Assembly (NCBI GenBank): GCA_010093705.1
Contig: MU006102.1
Location: forward strand, 128,123 to 192,122
Reading direction: 5' to 3'
Origin: Patellaria atrata CBS 101060
Taxonomy: Eukaryota
DNA: 64,000 nucleotides
Below are positions 1 to 11,405 of this stretch, one piece after another. The translations under genes were made by a program, and so were the position numbers. A model generated the notes under the pieces. The model was not told the DNA's origin and ran no database searches. It saw only the letters and a program-made list of their open reading frames with translations. The stretch's first letter is position 1, and each line of letters starts with the position of its first letter.

Positions 1-1329
1 GACAAAGCGCCTTTATTATCTTCAGAGTAAGACATGTCATTGATAGTTGAAAGATCGGGTTGGTACGGCTTGTATAATCCCCAAAGCCCCTGAGTACCTC
101 GTGACTTTTCACACTGGTACCTAATGGTAAAGAGCAATTATTTTTTCTGAAGATGATAAATGCAATAAGAGAATAAAAGAAAAATGTCATTAGCATACTC
201 GACTAATAATGATTATCGAAATTAGAGTGTGCATATCAAATTGGAAGACGTAATAGTAACACTACGTTGTGGGTCTCTCGCAATATGAACGAAAGTAAAG
301 TTTAGGTTACCACGTGGAGATAGATGAATTTAAAAAAAATAAGATGGAATCACCATATGCAAGGGATGGAGAATAATGTTGTACAAGGCGCCTAGCCACC
401 GTACATGTAGGCAAGCTCGCCTCGACTCTGCTTGCGCATAACAAATCATATCTCGACAAACAAGCAAACAACGATGGCAATTCCTCTCAGGATGAATACA
501 TCAATGTTCTTTCCTTCGAGAAAAATCCCTCTATTCCCAATGGCCAGGCCACTACGGGCCCAACGCGGAAGCCGATAACGGGCAGGCCGTTTCATGCCTC
601 ATACCCTCCCGCAAGAGCTACGCAACCGGTCCGAGTTGGCAACACGATATCATCTAAATGCATTTATTCGCCATCTTAGGTACGGTACCACCGTTGTAGC
701 CAATAGGGCCGAGTCACGTTGGACCGCACGACGGCATATTCGACCATGTCATCCGATAGGGAACCAAAGCTCACACCCAGCCATAGTCCCAATAATCCGA
801 ATAACAAGCAAAACACAAATTCAAGGAGGGTGGATGAGGAACATGTGACGATAAGAGCGGGGACACTCTATATGGCCTTCAACATGCTATGCTTCATGAT
901 TGCTGGAATCACGTTTGTGCAATATTCTGGAGACAGAAGCCCTCGACAAGGAGAAAGATGAGGGCTGAAGGAGTGAACGATCAGCTCACATTAGTGACAG
1001 AACTTATGATAACGGGAATAAAAGCGGTTTGGATTTGTCAAAATGAAATGGAACAGATGGAAGAAAAAAAAAACATAGTTGGAATTTGACGCTCAGCAGA
1101 GCGGAGGAATAAAGTAGCGGTATATCTTGTGACGAGCCCAGGGTGGGTAGGAATCTTTTGGAACATATATGTAAGTCGATTTTGTACTCCTTTGGTAACC
1201 TTCTCTTAATTTTAATATTTTACTTAGCGCGAAGCAGATTCCTTTAGAGAAGCCCGGCGACCATTCAAGACCATTTCGAGGGCACTAAAATATCATTAGG
1301 ATGTACTTAGATAAAATATATAACTCGGT

Positions 1330-1350
1330 AAAGAAAGAAAGAAAGAAAGA
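1330..1350. repeat. Short (GAAA)n microsatellite
   Basis: aagaaagaaagaaagaaaga read directly. Confidence 0.8.
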
Positions 1351-1775
1351 GAGGAGAAGACTGTATTGAACAGGTGTCTCGTCAGTGGATTAGTACTTAC
1401 AGCAAAGCGATAATCCAAAACTATGTCTTACTTCTCACGGTTCGCACTATTCAGATGTGATTTACGTCCCAGTACTAGGCCCATGAGTATAGTTACTCGG
1501 GGAATCGAGGGTTGCTGCACGTTTGACGGACATTCAACGGGCCAGACCTACCATATACTTCGACAGCTCTCCTGAGAGATATGTGGTGTAGGCGGCTGTA
1601 CAGCTTGTCTGTTTATAGCCCGGACCCTTACGTACAGCACAATGGAGCGAGAGAGTATCTTTAACAGCAAACATACCGTATCTAAAAGGTGGGGCCGGAA
1701 GGGGGAGGCAGAAATGAAGTAGTTTTGGAGCATCGTGCAGTGACAGACATTGAGGATATCACTGGACGGGGACTC

Positions 1776-2990
1776 CTATCCAGACCCGCCTTTTGCTGCT
1801 GCAGCTTCCTTCTTTCGTTGCAAATATCTCTCCCTCGCGCTCCTAATATCGCCTTCAGTCTTGCGGCTTTTCGCAGAGTGTTCCAGTTTCCTGCGCTCTT
1901 CTGCTTCCTCATCGGCCGCTCTCTTCGAAGCTTGCTCTAACTGAGCTTCCATCATACGAGTCTGCCTCTCCCGCATAGCTTGCTTATTACTATTCTTCCA
2001 CTGATAGACATCCCTCTGGGGTTCTTGTTCCGCCGCGGCGGCCGAAACAACCGGCACATTCTTCGGCTTGGGTGCGATATTGAGACCAGCCGACAACATC
2101 TGTCGTTTATCCACCACCTCGCCATCGTCATTGATGGCGATATTCGCGCCCTTTGCATTCAACTCTCTAGCTAGCTCCGCGGCCGACCTTTCCCTGTCAG
2201 GTTCAGCTTCGACAACGATTTCGCCCAGTTTCGCCTTCTCCAGTGCCTCCATAGCTTCTTGATGCCTCTTCTCATCCTCCGCCATGACACTGCGATAGAA
2301 GCCCGTCATACCCTGACTTCGCATCTTCTTTTCTTCTGCCTCTTCCCTGTGCTTCTCCTCCTCCGCCGCTTTACGGAGCTCCGCCTGCTGTTCCTTATAC
2401 GCGGCTGTGACAAACTTCTCTTTATCGGCAAACTCGTCGCCTTCCTCATCTCTTTCTCGCTGGAGTACTTTATCCTTTGCGCGGAGCTGATCGCGTTTGC
2501 GTAATTCGGCTGCGGCGAGGAGGTTTGTCATGTACTTCGGCTTTCGCTCTGCTGCTTCGGCTTGAGAGGCGGCTTTTTTTACGGCTCTTTGGGCGTTGAG
2601 AGCATCGTATGCGGCGTCATAGTCGTATATCGAGGGATCAAGCGCTGTAGCTTCTTCGTTGTGCTTTCGTTGTGTCTGTAGTGTTGAAATGTTTGCATAC
2701 TGGTTCCGGGGTTGACTATCTCTATTTGGTGGTTTGGTAGGTGGCTCTGGTTTCGAAGTTTTGGACACTTTAGTCGTTTTTGATTTTATCGATGCTGGCT
2801 TTGGAACCTTGGAGGAATCATTTAAGTCCAATACGCCAATTTCCTCCGCCCCGTTCGAGGTCTTTGTCTCCGGTTCTGGATCAGAGTCATCGTCACCGAA
2901 TAGAGCTTTCTTTTTCACAGGCGCAGGGGTTGATTTTAGGGACTTTCCTGCGGGGTTTTTTTGTAAATTCAATCCAACTTTGAACGACAT
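1776..2990 (-). CDS. NSRP1/CCDC55-like nuclear speckle splicing regulatory protein (DUF2040)
   Basis: 404-aa ORF with SIYDYDAAYD, KPKYMTNLLAAAELRKRD and EGDEFADKEKFVTAAYK motifs typical of the family; coiled-coil rich. Confidence 0.85.
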   Translation of the reverse strand: MSFKVGLNLQKNPAGKSLKSTPAPVKKKALFGDDDSDPEPETKTSNGAEEIGVLDLNDSSKVPKPASIKSKTTKVSKTSKPEPPTKPPNRDSQPRNQYANISTLQTQRKHNEEATALDPSIYDYDAAYDALNAQRAVKKAASQAEAAERKPKYMTNLLAAAELRKRDQLRAKDKVLQRERDEEGDEFADKEKFVTAAYKEQQAELRKAAEEEKHREEAEEKKMRSQGMTGFYRSVMAEDEKRHQEAMEALEKAKLGEIVVEAEPDRERSAAELARELNAKGANIAINDDGEVVDKRQMLSAGLNIAPKPKNVPVVSAAAAEQEPQRDVYQWKNSNKQAMRERQTRMMEAQLEQASKRAADEEAEERRKLEHSAKSRKTEGDIRSARERYLQRKKEAAAAKGGSG

Positions 2991-3163
2991 TGCAATGGTA
3001 ACCCTTAAGTGTCGTCTGAATAGAGGGTGTTCAGATTTTCCGTGGTACTAAAGTTGAGAACGTTTGCCAAGCCCAACTGCCGATTCAGAACGTCACCGCG
3101 AGTTTTGTTCAATAACTCTTAATACACCACAAACTTCTGACACACATTCCACGGACGTCTAAT

Positions 3164-4147
3164 ATGGCGACCGAAGTAGAGTCCCCAACGCTATCACCAC
3201 AAAGTCAAAACGACTACAGCTCCACCCGCCCCTCGAAATTCCGCTTTAAGAGCAAACGCCCCCGTCCAGATGACGAGAGCGAAGAACCACATAGAACTAC
3301 CCACCGCAGACGACACACGCACCGTTCCCGTCACCCACACAACACTCGCGATGGCGACCACAAACCTCACCACCGTTCCAAGCGTTGCCGATCCTCATAC
3401 CATTCCTCGCTCTCCGACAACCCCGCGCTTTACGACAACACATACTCCGACTCCTCCACCGCCTTCCGCGAATCTCTCTTCGACGCCCTCGCCGACGAAG
3501 AAGGCGCCGACTACTGGTCTCACGTCTACGGACAGCCCATCCACATCTACCCCAACACCACGAGAGCGCCAAACGGGGAGCTCGAGCGCATGACCGACGA
3601 GGAGTATACTAAGTACGTGCGGGCGAGGATGTGGGAGAAGAGTCACCAGCACATTCGCGAGGAACGTCAACGGGAGCAGGATCGTAAGAAGAGGCAGAAG
3701 GAGTGGGAGAGAAAGAAGAGGGAAATGCGGAGAGATAGGGATGATTTTCAAGCGAGGGTGCAGGCAAGCCTTGCAAGAGGAGAGGAAAGACGAAATAGGA
3801 AACGATGGAGGGAGGTGTGGGAACGGTATACAAAGGGGTGGGAGGAACTATTGGCGAGGGGGGAGAAGGAGACGGAGGGGAAGGATGCTAGGATGCTGAT
3901 TCCGTGGCCTGTTGAATCGGGTAGATGGAAGGATATTGATAGGGAGGGTATCGAGAACTTTTTTCGAAATCAATCCGAGGAGAATAGCGTCACTACTGTC
4001 TTGAAAGTTGAGCGGGTGAGATGGCATCCGGATAAGATGCAGCATCGTTTTGGTCGACAACGCATCGATGAGGAAACACTTAAGTTAGTTACTGCTGTCT
4101 TTCAAGTCATTGATAGGTTGTGGTCAGAAGTGCGAGATAAGAAATGA
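3164..4147 (+). CDS. NFKBIL1-like protein (C-terminal RWHPDK domain)
   Basis: 327-aa ORF with IPWP and LKVERVRWHPDKMQHRF motifs; divergent from the NSRP1-like gene. Confidence 0.75.
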   Translation: MATEVESPTLSPQSQNDYSSTRPSKFRFKSKRPRPDDESEEPHRTTHRRRHTHRSRHPHNTRDGDHKPHHRSKRCRSSYHSSLSDNPALYDNTYSDSSTAFRESLFDALADEEGADYWSHVYGQPIHIYPNTTRAPNGELERMTDEEYTKYVRARMWEKSHQHIREERQREQDRKKRQKEWERKKREMRRDRDDFQARVQASLARGEERRNRKRWREVWERYTKGWEELLARGEKETEGKDARMLIPWPVESGRWKDIDREGIENFFRNQSEENSVTTVLKVERVRWHPDKMQHRFGRQRIDEETLKLVTAVFQVIDRLWSEVRDKK

Positions 4148-4616
4148 ACGGCATGAGCTGTACCATCACATAGGCTCTTTTGCAAATAGTGGAATCCAAC
4201 ATGATGCTTCTGCTCACTAGTCTTATCTGTCCCATATAGAAGAGGATCAATATTTTACACTTGTGCTCTACAGATGCAATTGAGCAGGGATGATAGTCAA
4301 AAGAGACAACGCTAGACAGAACAGCCCAAGAGAAAACATTCCTGCGAAAGTATGCTCCATGCGGTCCCAGATAGTTCTTTAGTAGGGTTTGCTTTAGATA
4401 AAACGTACTCTGATATGCTCATCGAGGGAAAGTTTGAAATTCGGAGAACAAATCAGAACCCTCTGGTCGCACTGGAAATAGTCGAATTGATGAAATATAA
4501 ACATTCCGAGACTGATAGTACCCTAGGTACAGAAGTCGCACGGGACTGGTACTACAGGGCTTCCGAACCAGCGAAGCTAGCTGTGAATCGACAATTCAAG
4601 TAATGGTCAATTTCTC

Positions 4617-6070
4617 TTATAACGGTTTGCGAGCGTACAACATGACACTTATTACGGTTAGCCCTTTGTGTAATCCTAAATTGTATTCTACTTACACATT
4701 TTGGTATGCATGGATAGAGCGGTCCTTCAACTCTGTTCTCGCCTTGGCAACGAGGATATCAACTTCATCTACAGACCAGCCCAACGCGCGTGTAAATGGA
4801 GCCAGACTGAAGGCTTTGTACCCTTCTAGCATGTTTGCACATGTAAACTACGCAGGTTAATAATTAACGAGTCTGAGGATAAGCTGTTAACTTACTTTGC
4901 CAATTTCTTTCATCCGTCGATCCTTCGGCCACGTATTGGAAGGCCGTTTATATATGCGCTCGACGATATCTGTGAAACCAGCTTCAGCAAGCCATTTCTT
5001 GTAATCTTCAGGGGTAGCTATGTGTCTCCCAAAAACGTCCATGGCTTGATAGAACGTCTTTTGCCACAAAACGGTTGAAGAATCTTCGCGTAATGTACCA
5101 TCGTCAGAATGCATCTCAGGGTCGCCTAAATCGTGTATTTCGATATATCCACCTGGCTTGAGAGTTCTGTATATGGAACTGAGCAGAGCTGAGTAGTCGT
5201 TTATACTACCAATAAGAAGCCGCCAGTGAATCAAATCAGCAAAGTTTTCTCTAAATGTCCAGACCTGTTCAATATCGTCAATCTGGAATTCTAGATTTGG
5301 AGGAACACTAGACGGATATCAGCAATACTCGGACATAGAAACCAGTATAGCACATACGCCAGTGGTTGGGTTGGTGAGAGATCAATGCCAATAACCCGAG
5401 CTCCTGGATTCTGGTCGGCAACATCCATCGCCCAAATACCTAGCTTCAACATCAGTATAAAAGGTGCATATGGGTTGGAATATATACCAGTTCCAGTTCC
5501 TAAGTCCATAATTACTTGCGGGTCTTCCACCGGAGCGTGAAAAAGCTTCCCTTCAAAGAGTAGATTAAACAGATGGTTTTCAAGGTCCATTCTGTCTAGC
5601 TCTTCCTAGATTGTGAAGTTAGAAGCGAAAGTAGACCGCATTAGGATGGATATTTCCATACCTCATCATTGGGGTAAAGATATTCTTTGCTATTCATTCA
5701 GTAACACTTCTGAATGTAACGGGTTTAACATAACCACACTCACTGCCCGCTTGGTAGCCATGGTATCTCCTGCTATTTCTCAGTATCAAAGTCACTCAAG
5801 TTGATCTACAATCGACTTACCTTCCATTTTCCATTTGGTATTTTTTCACCTCGGATAATAATGATGTGGTACTGCTTGCACTGTTGCGAACTTAGGAGAT
5901 CTGTCTAATTAGAAATTTCTGTGAATTGCGTACACATCTTCACCGAATGCTGAATCTGTATCATTCTCATCTACTTCGATATGCTGTGTACTAGTGTGGA
6001 TATCAAGAGCTGTAGGTATGTCTGGTTGCTCTGTCGAGGTTTGTGCAGCTTCTTGTGCGGAAGACGCCAT
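4617..6070 (-). CDS. LaeA-like SAM-dependent methyltransferase, multi-exon
   Basis: Spliced reading MASSAQ...DSAFGED / STTSLLSEVKKYQMENGR / YHGYQAG / YLYPNDE / EELDRMDLENH...MDLGTGTGIW...GIDLSPTQP / LKPGGYIEIHD...WPKD / ...VMLYARKPL*; many short GT-AG introns; internal boundaries only partly resolved. Confidence 0.85.
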
Positions 6071-6679
6071 ATGGATATGTGAAAAGAGAATCCACTTGTG
6101 CTATTTGGGAGTATACAACTAAGAACGGGTTGTAAAGATATCCTAAGAAGTATTATTTGTGCGGAAGATAGCTTGAAAGCTGGCGGAAGGAGGCACTAAC
6201 TTATTAGCACCTGGTAAGGAACTCTACAGAGGTGTTGATACGGGAGAAAACCGAATGATCGAATCAGACAAAAGCTGGATGGAAGACGGCGGCAAGGCGA
6301 AAGTAGTATAAATTTTCAGCAAGTAGAAGATCTTGTCACGACCACTAGCGGTCACGGACATGGGACATGCACGAAAGGGCTGAAGAGTCTTGGATTTGAA
6401 TGCTGAGAGGGGGAACTATTCTTGCCCTCACTATCGCGTCTTACATGTACTGTATGTGTATGTACAAGCACTCTGGGAAGCAGCCGGGTCACAGAACTTT
6501 CCGGCCCATGCCGTGTCGGCGGACCAATGTTGAGTATGAATTCTTGTCGCTGACTGGGGAACTATGCGACCTTTGGACGCGTTGGGTTACTTTTCCGATC
6601 CATAAGATATCGGTTCATGGCGAATGTGGGAACAAGGGTTAAACTACAGATTGGTCATCGTATTAGCGGTCACGTGATC

Positions 6680-7215
6680 TCCGTCTTTTTTCAAATAAGA
6701 TGAGGTCCCTACCTAATAATATAATAAAATTATCTTATTTTCTATATCTTAATAGCTAAAAAAGAATCTAATAAACTTTTAATTATATATTTGAAAAAAA
6801 TTGAAAATTTTTGTCACGGTTTGGTACTTACAAACACACGTCCCGTGAACACGTGACCTTATCTCACCAGATGAGATCCCTTGGCATAACGATCACATCA
6901 ACGATCCTTCGTAGCCTGTAGATGACCAGTTCTAATATATTCGTTAATACTCAATATTGTTAGTTTATCTACTACGTTGACGTGCCCTTACAAATCCAAT
7001 TCGATTAGCTATAGCTACTACGTTATCATAATTACTCTTTTTAATAATATTTTATTAATATTTATATAATTATTTTTATATACTTTTATATTTAAAGATT
7101 AAAAAGGAGTAAGTAGCGGAGAATATAAGAATATAGGTTAAACTATAGATTAGTTATTATATTAGGCCTCGTCTTTGTTTAAATAAGACGAGGTCTCTAC
7201 CTAATAATATAATAT
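6680..7215. mobile_element. AT-rich degenerate repeat relic with two copies of a 45-bp hairpin-bearing motif
   Basis: 6682-6726 and 7170-7214 match at 41/45 positions; 7021-7165 is TA-rich and nearly lacks CA/TG, as expected after RIP. Confidence 0.45.
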
Positions 7216-7862
7216 ACTTCTCTTCTCACACGAATGACTGCGCCGCTCGGCGGCGTGCAGAAGAAGTTCATCGTTTACTACTGTAGAAACACTGTTGCAG
7301 TACGGTTAATATTATCCCCATATAACTAATAAGACAGGGCAACAGTCGAGATGGTTATATAGTACCATCATTCATGTTCAAAGCATATGAAGAGTAAAAG
7401 GTAGCTTGAAAGACGGTAAGGTAAAGCATCCCATTGCCCTGTGCCCCGCACCAGCAAGAACTATCCTCGTATCAAGGGCACAATTGAATTGTAATTGCTG
7501 CGAGAGCGGGGAAGGGGGAGATGGATCTGCTCGAACTACGACGCAGCTCTAATCTATCTGGAAAAGAAAGATACGGTATGTCGTCTACGTAGTCAGCATG
7601 CGTGATTTACCGACTTTATCGGAAAGGATTGTGCTTGCACTGCATTGTACAGAACAGTACAGTATAATCAGCCCAAAGTAGCATGGCGACAAGGAAAGCC
7701 AAAGGACGGATCGGACTCAAAGACGTGCTACTGCCGGTATAACTAGATAACGTTAGAGTGACAGGTAGAGATCGACAATTATGCCACGTTTTCTTAGCCG
7801 AAGGAAGCATAGATGTGGCACAGTTGCGGCAAATCTTGCCATTTGGGCAATACAGTAATAAT

Positions 7863-7886
7863 TTTTGTACAGTCGACTGTACAAAA
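7863..7886. repeat. Perfect 24-bp palindrome
   Basis: TTTTGTACAGTCGACTGTACAAAA equals its reverse complement. Confidence 0.95.
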
Positions 7887-8478
7887 GTAGAGTCGAGCTG
7901 GAGTACGGTGTAGTATAACATGGCCCTGCTTTATATCAAACAAATTCATCCTGATACATCTGTAGTTCATTCTTCGAGTTACTATAAGGTCTCGAACTTT
8001 GCTACAAATGACGCGAATAAGGCGTTCTGCTCAAAGGGTACAAGATACAGAGCAGTGCACTGAGTATGTTCTGACTAGTGATGAAAAGGAGATTAGAAAC
8101 GCTGAAAGTACTGATATCATGCCTTGATCTCTATGGGGACAGCTGAACGCAAACTGTAGTTGTACGAGTTTCGAACTGGGAATGAGGAATGTTTGGATTA
8201 TTCTGTGTTTAGAACTCTTCAAGCGTGCTTTATATCGTTAGATAATGTGCTTTTGCTTATCACTTTTGCGGTGGTTACTGCATTGCGGATATTAGGTCCT
8301 GTATATACGGAGTTAACTTGAGTCCCAATATCTCTCAGAACTGGTTGAAAATTGGCGAAACAGTGCCTTCCCGTCCTCATCCCTTTATGCAAGTCATCGC
8401 AAATGTATTAGTCCACCGGGTTCGAGGAGTGAATGGATGGCTCGAATGGTTACGTTCTAGGTATGCACAAAAGACTGT

Positions 8479-9038
8479 TTAGAGACCACCTTGGATAGCA
8501 AATGAGGACAGAATCAACACAAGAGTATTGACCAAGGCCCAGACGAACGGTATCCAGGTGGACATCCGGAAATATCCTGCGTTATAGACGGCTCCTAGCC
8601 TATAAGCAATTAGCAAGATTTAGAATTACTATAGCTTGAAACACCACTTACAAAGCTCCTACTACACTTCCGGCTATGAGTGCTTCTATTCCTGCAATGA
8701 AAAGGTATATAGCTGGTACTATCCATATTCCTATGAAGCCTCTCACACGTCCTTTACTGTCTTGGGCCCAATCAAATAGCTGAATTGCTACCGCATACCC
8801 ACTTGTAGCTAGATGGACGGTACCATAGAAGATGAAGGTCCAGTAAAGCGTAAAGCGCCAAATATCTGACGGATGATAGAGGTAGTATGCTTGGGGTCCC
8901 CGTACAGGGGTAGGCCAGTAGAGAGAAGGGAACGGAGGCGTCACATAGTCCAGAGGTGCCGGGAACGTGATACGCTGAACAAAGCTATATAATAATATTA
9001 GTAAAAATCGGTTTGGAATCAAGGGGACTGTACCTCAT
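8479..9038 (-). CDS. TMEM170/YPR153W-like small integral membrane protein, 3 exons
   Basis: 5-nt first coding exon ATGAG (9038-9034) then gtacag...tag; MSFVQRITFPAPLDYVTPPFPSLYWP...DIWRFTLYWT...; last exon LGAVYNAGYFRMSTWIPFVW...IQGGL*. Confidence 0.8.
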
Positions 9039-9269
9039 TGAGCTGGAGTTCGTCGTTCACATTATCATATGTTCCTATCTGGGAGACAGGGAGAGTGCGG
9101 AAGCGCTGTTGATTCAGCGTCCGCCAAGAACCGAGGTCCAGCGCGTATGAACAGTATCACTGCAGGAATAACATCCAACCTGTATACAATGTTTATATAC
9201 CTATAAGCAATAACATGATTTGGGTGTGATTATGCGGAAGAAGGACCCGCGATCATTTAGTAATAGAAC

Positions 9270-11405
9270 ATGCCGGCTGATAGACTTCTCAGTACTTTAC
9301 TGAGATCTTTACAGACGTACACGGATCAGCAGGATACTCCAAGGTCAGCTCCTCACTCTCCCCCATATTCCGTGCCAACAATCGTGTATCTGATACAAAG
9401 CAGACTACTTTCTACCGCAGCGACCCTGCTGACGACCTTAACGAATCCTCTTAATACCACTCTACTCACACGCCAGCTCCTTACAGCACCAGCACTCTGG
9501 GAACGCCCAGATGGCCTTCGATTATGTCTTCGATTCACGGGCGTGTTTCACTCCGCCGCGGTGATAATCGCAAATCATCACCTTGCCGTTCACGAAAACC
9601 GCGCAGAGCCTCCTAAACTGGGATATGCTTCTATCGGCGGCGGACTATCTTTGGAAGAATGGGTAAGAGCCGTAGTGAAAAGTGCAGATGATAACTCTTC
9701 GAGATGGAAACACCTCATGGTTCTTGGAGGGCTACTTATAGGATTTGAAAGTCAAGAACATTCGATGCTTTCAAATTCGCTGAGGTCGACCCTCAACAAG
9801 GCCTTAATACAAGCAACGAATCTGGCATTGGAAGAATCTAGGGGGGGGGAAGAGCTAGGGGCACAGTGTATCACTTTGGTGTTGAACCATTCCTTCCAAT
9901 ACATATCGGACAGCGAGAGGGCGAGATTAAACTATGATTTTCTGCTACCCGTTCTTGTTGGTACAACCTTTTTCTCTTCCGAAGGACTCCAGTCTGCATA
10001 CTTTATTGGCGCGATCGATCTTGATGTAGTAGAGGTTTCAGGGAACAAGTTCAATTGGCCGGAAACATCTTCATCGTATCAACAAATTCAGAGAATGGTA
10101 TCTCGTCCCTTATTTACCTCAATGGGCCCACTGTCGAGACTTATTGCACATGCGGTCGAGCACGTCCGCGATTCATGGCTGATCCAGACGCTGGTTGACG
10201 ATATAAATAACTTCGCCAAAGCTCTTACCACGCAATGGCGGCAGAACAAGCTATCCGAGATCGATATTTCTGAAGAAGCGGTATTTCTTCTCGAGGAGAC
10301 TACTAAGACAACTCTCCCCGGGCTTTGGAAAGCGTTGCAGACCGCTTTATTCTCTACTGTTATTGTTCTCAGAGCTGTCATAGGAAGAGTACTTGGTGAT
10401 CGAATATTAGCAGCGGACGGAGTTGCCCCGATCCTGGCCACCCAAACACTGCACACTCTTCGTAACTTATACTTCATTTCCTCACGTTTTGGGTCAAGTT
10501 CATTTTCGCAATACATCTTTGTCTACCTAACTGCGATGGATATACTAAGTCAGTACCACATCCAGTCGGACGCCTTCATCAAAGATATTCGCCCTATGGC
10601 TCTTGGAAATATCCCCAAGAATCCTCTCGATAGGTGTCTCGACCTATATTTCCTCAACACAGCCGAACATTTCACGCTCGTTCTACCCCAGAGCACAAAC
10701 GAGAATTTGCTCGTAGCGGCAGCAACTCCTTACCTTGCAGCCGGTGGGAATAATCATCTACTTCCGATTTTCGAAGCAGCGCATAGCGTTATGCTTGCCG
10801 TGCTATCGGCACCGCAAAGTGCAGAAATAACTGCTAGACACCTTCCATTTTACGTTGACGCTCTTTTCAAAATGTTCCCGGATAATCTTTCCTCTCGCCA
10901 GTTCCGTCTGGCATTCAAGACACTCGTAAGAGTTGCTACCCCGCCATCCCCCCTATCTGTTAGTCAGCCAGATCTGCCAGCTATATTGTTAGAGCTTGTA
11001 CACCACCGTGCGCTTCACGCGACGACAATTCCTCTGAAGCCGGATGCAGCTCTTGCAGCCAATCTTCCAGAAGATCCTTATACTCCGCTTTCGGAACAAG
11101 CTGTCTTAGCTTTGACCCTCATAGATGCTTTGCCGTTCCTAAGTTTACATCTACTGGAGGAATGGTTACCCGTCACCGGTGAGCTGATCAATAGTATTCC
11201 CCCTGAAGAGATGAAGCAAGCATGCCGGGAGCGCTTCTGGGAAATGCTTATTAGCGGAGAGATGGATGCAGAAAGGTCTCAGATATGTGTTGCGTGGTGG
11301 ACTACCCAAGGTGGAAGAGAGCTAGTTCTCTTCGGAGAACAGAAAAGTTATGTACCGATAATGAGTGGAGCTTTACTTTGCCAGGGAAGGGAGAGTAAGC
11401 TCTGA
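9270..11405 (+). CDS. PEX8: Peroxin Pex8 (often annotated Pex17 in filamentous fungi)
   Basis: 711-aa helical ORF starting MPADRLLSTLLRSLQ, with WRQNKLSEID and a C-terminal SKL PTS1; probable in-frame 60-nt intron 9344-9403. Confidence 0.8.
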   Translation: MPADRLLSTLLRSLQTYTDQQDTPRSAPHSPPYSVPTIVYLIQSRLLSTAATLLTTLTNPLNTTLLTRQLLTAPALWERPDGLRLCLRFTGVFHSAAVIIANHHLAVHENRAEPPKLGYASIGGGLSLEEWVRAVVKSADDNSSRWKHLMVLGGLLIGFESQEHSMLSNSLRSTLNKALIQATNLALEESRGGEELGAQCITLVLNHSFQYISDSERARLNYDFLLPVLVGTTFFSSEGLQSAYFIGAIDLDVVEVSGNKFNWPETSSSYQQIQRMVSRPLFTSMGPLSRLIAHAVEHVRDSWLIQTLVDDINNFAKALTTQWRQNKLSEIDISEEAVFLLEETTKTTLPGLWKALQTALFSTVIVLRAVIGRVLGDRILAADGVAPILATQTLHTLRNLYFISSRFGSSSFSQYIFVYLTAMDILSQYHIQSDAFIKDIRPMALGNIPKNPLDRCLDLYFLNTAEHFTLVLPQSTNENLLVAAATPYLAAGGNNHLLPIFEAAHSVMLAVLSAPQSAEITARHLPFYVDALFKMFPDNLSSRQFRLAFKTLVRVATPPSPLSVSQPDLPAILLELVHHRALHATTIPLKPDAALAANLPEDPYTPLSEQAVLALTLIDALPFLSLHLLEEWLPVTGELINSIPPEEMKQACRERFWEMLISGEMDAERSQICVAWWTTQGGRELVLFGEQKSYVPIMSGALLCQGRESKL

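Noticed and set aside
474..1089. Short + strand ORFs, including one with a hydrophobic segment (TLYMAFNMLCFMIAGITFV) and an upstream in-frame piece broken by TAA
   Set aside because: No recognisable family and no convincing splice model; it may be a small or decayed gene but cannot be supported
7616..8222. Cys-containing ORFs that might be transposase remnants
   Set aside because: No DDE, BED or RT motif recognisable; multiple stops in all frames
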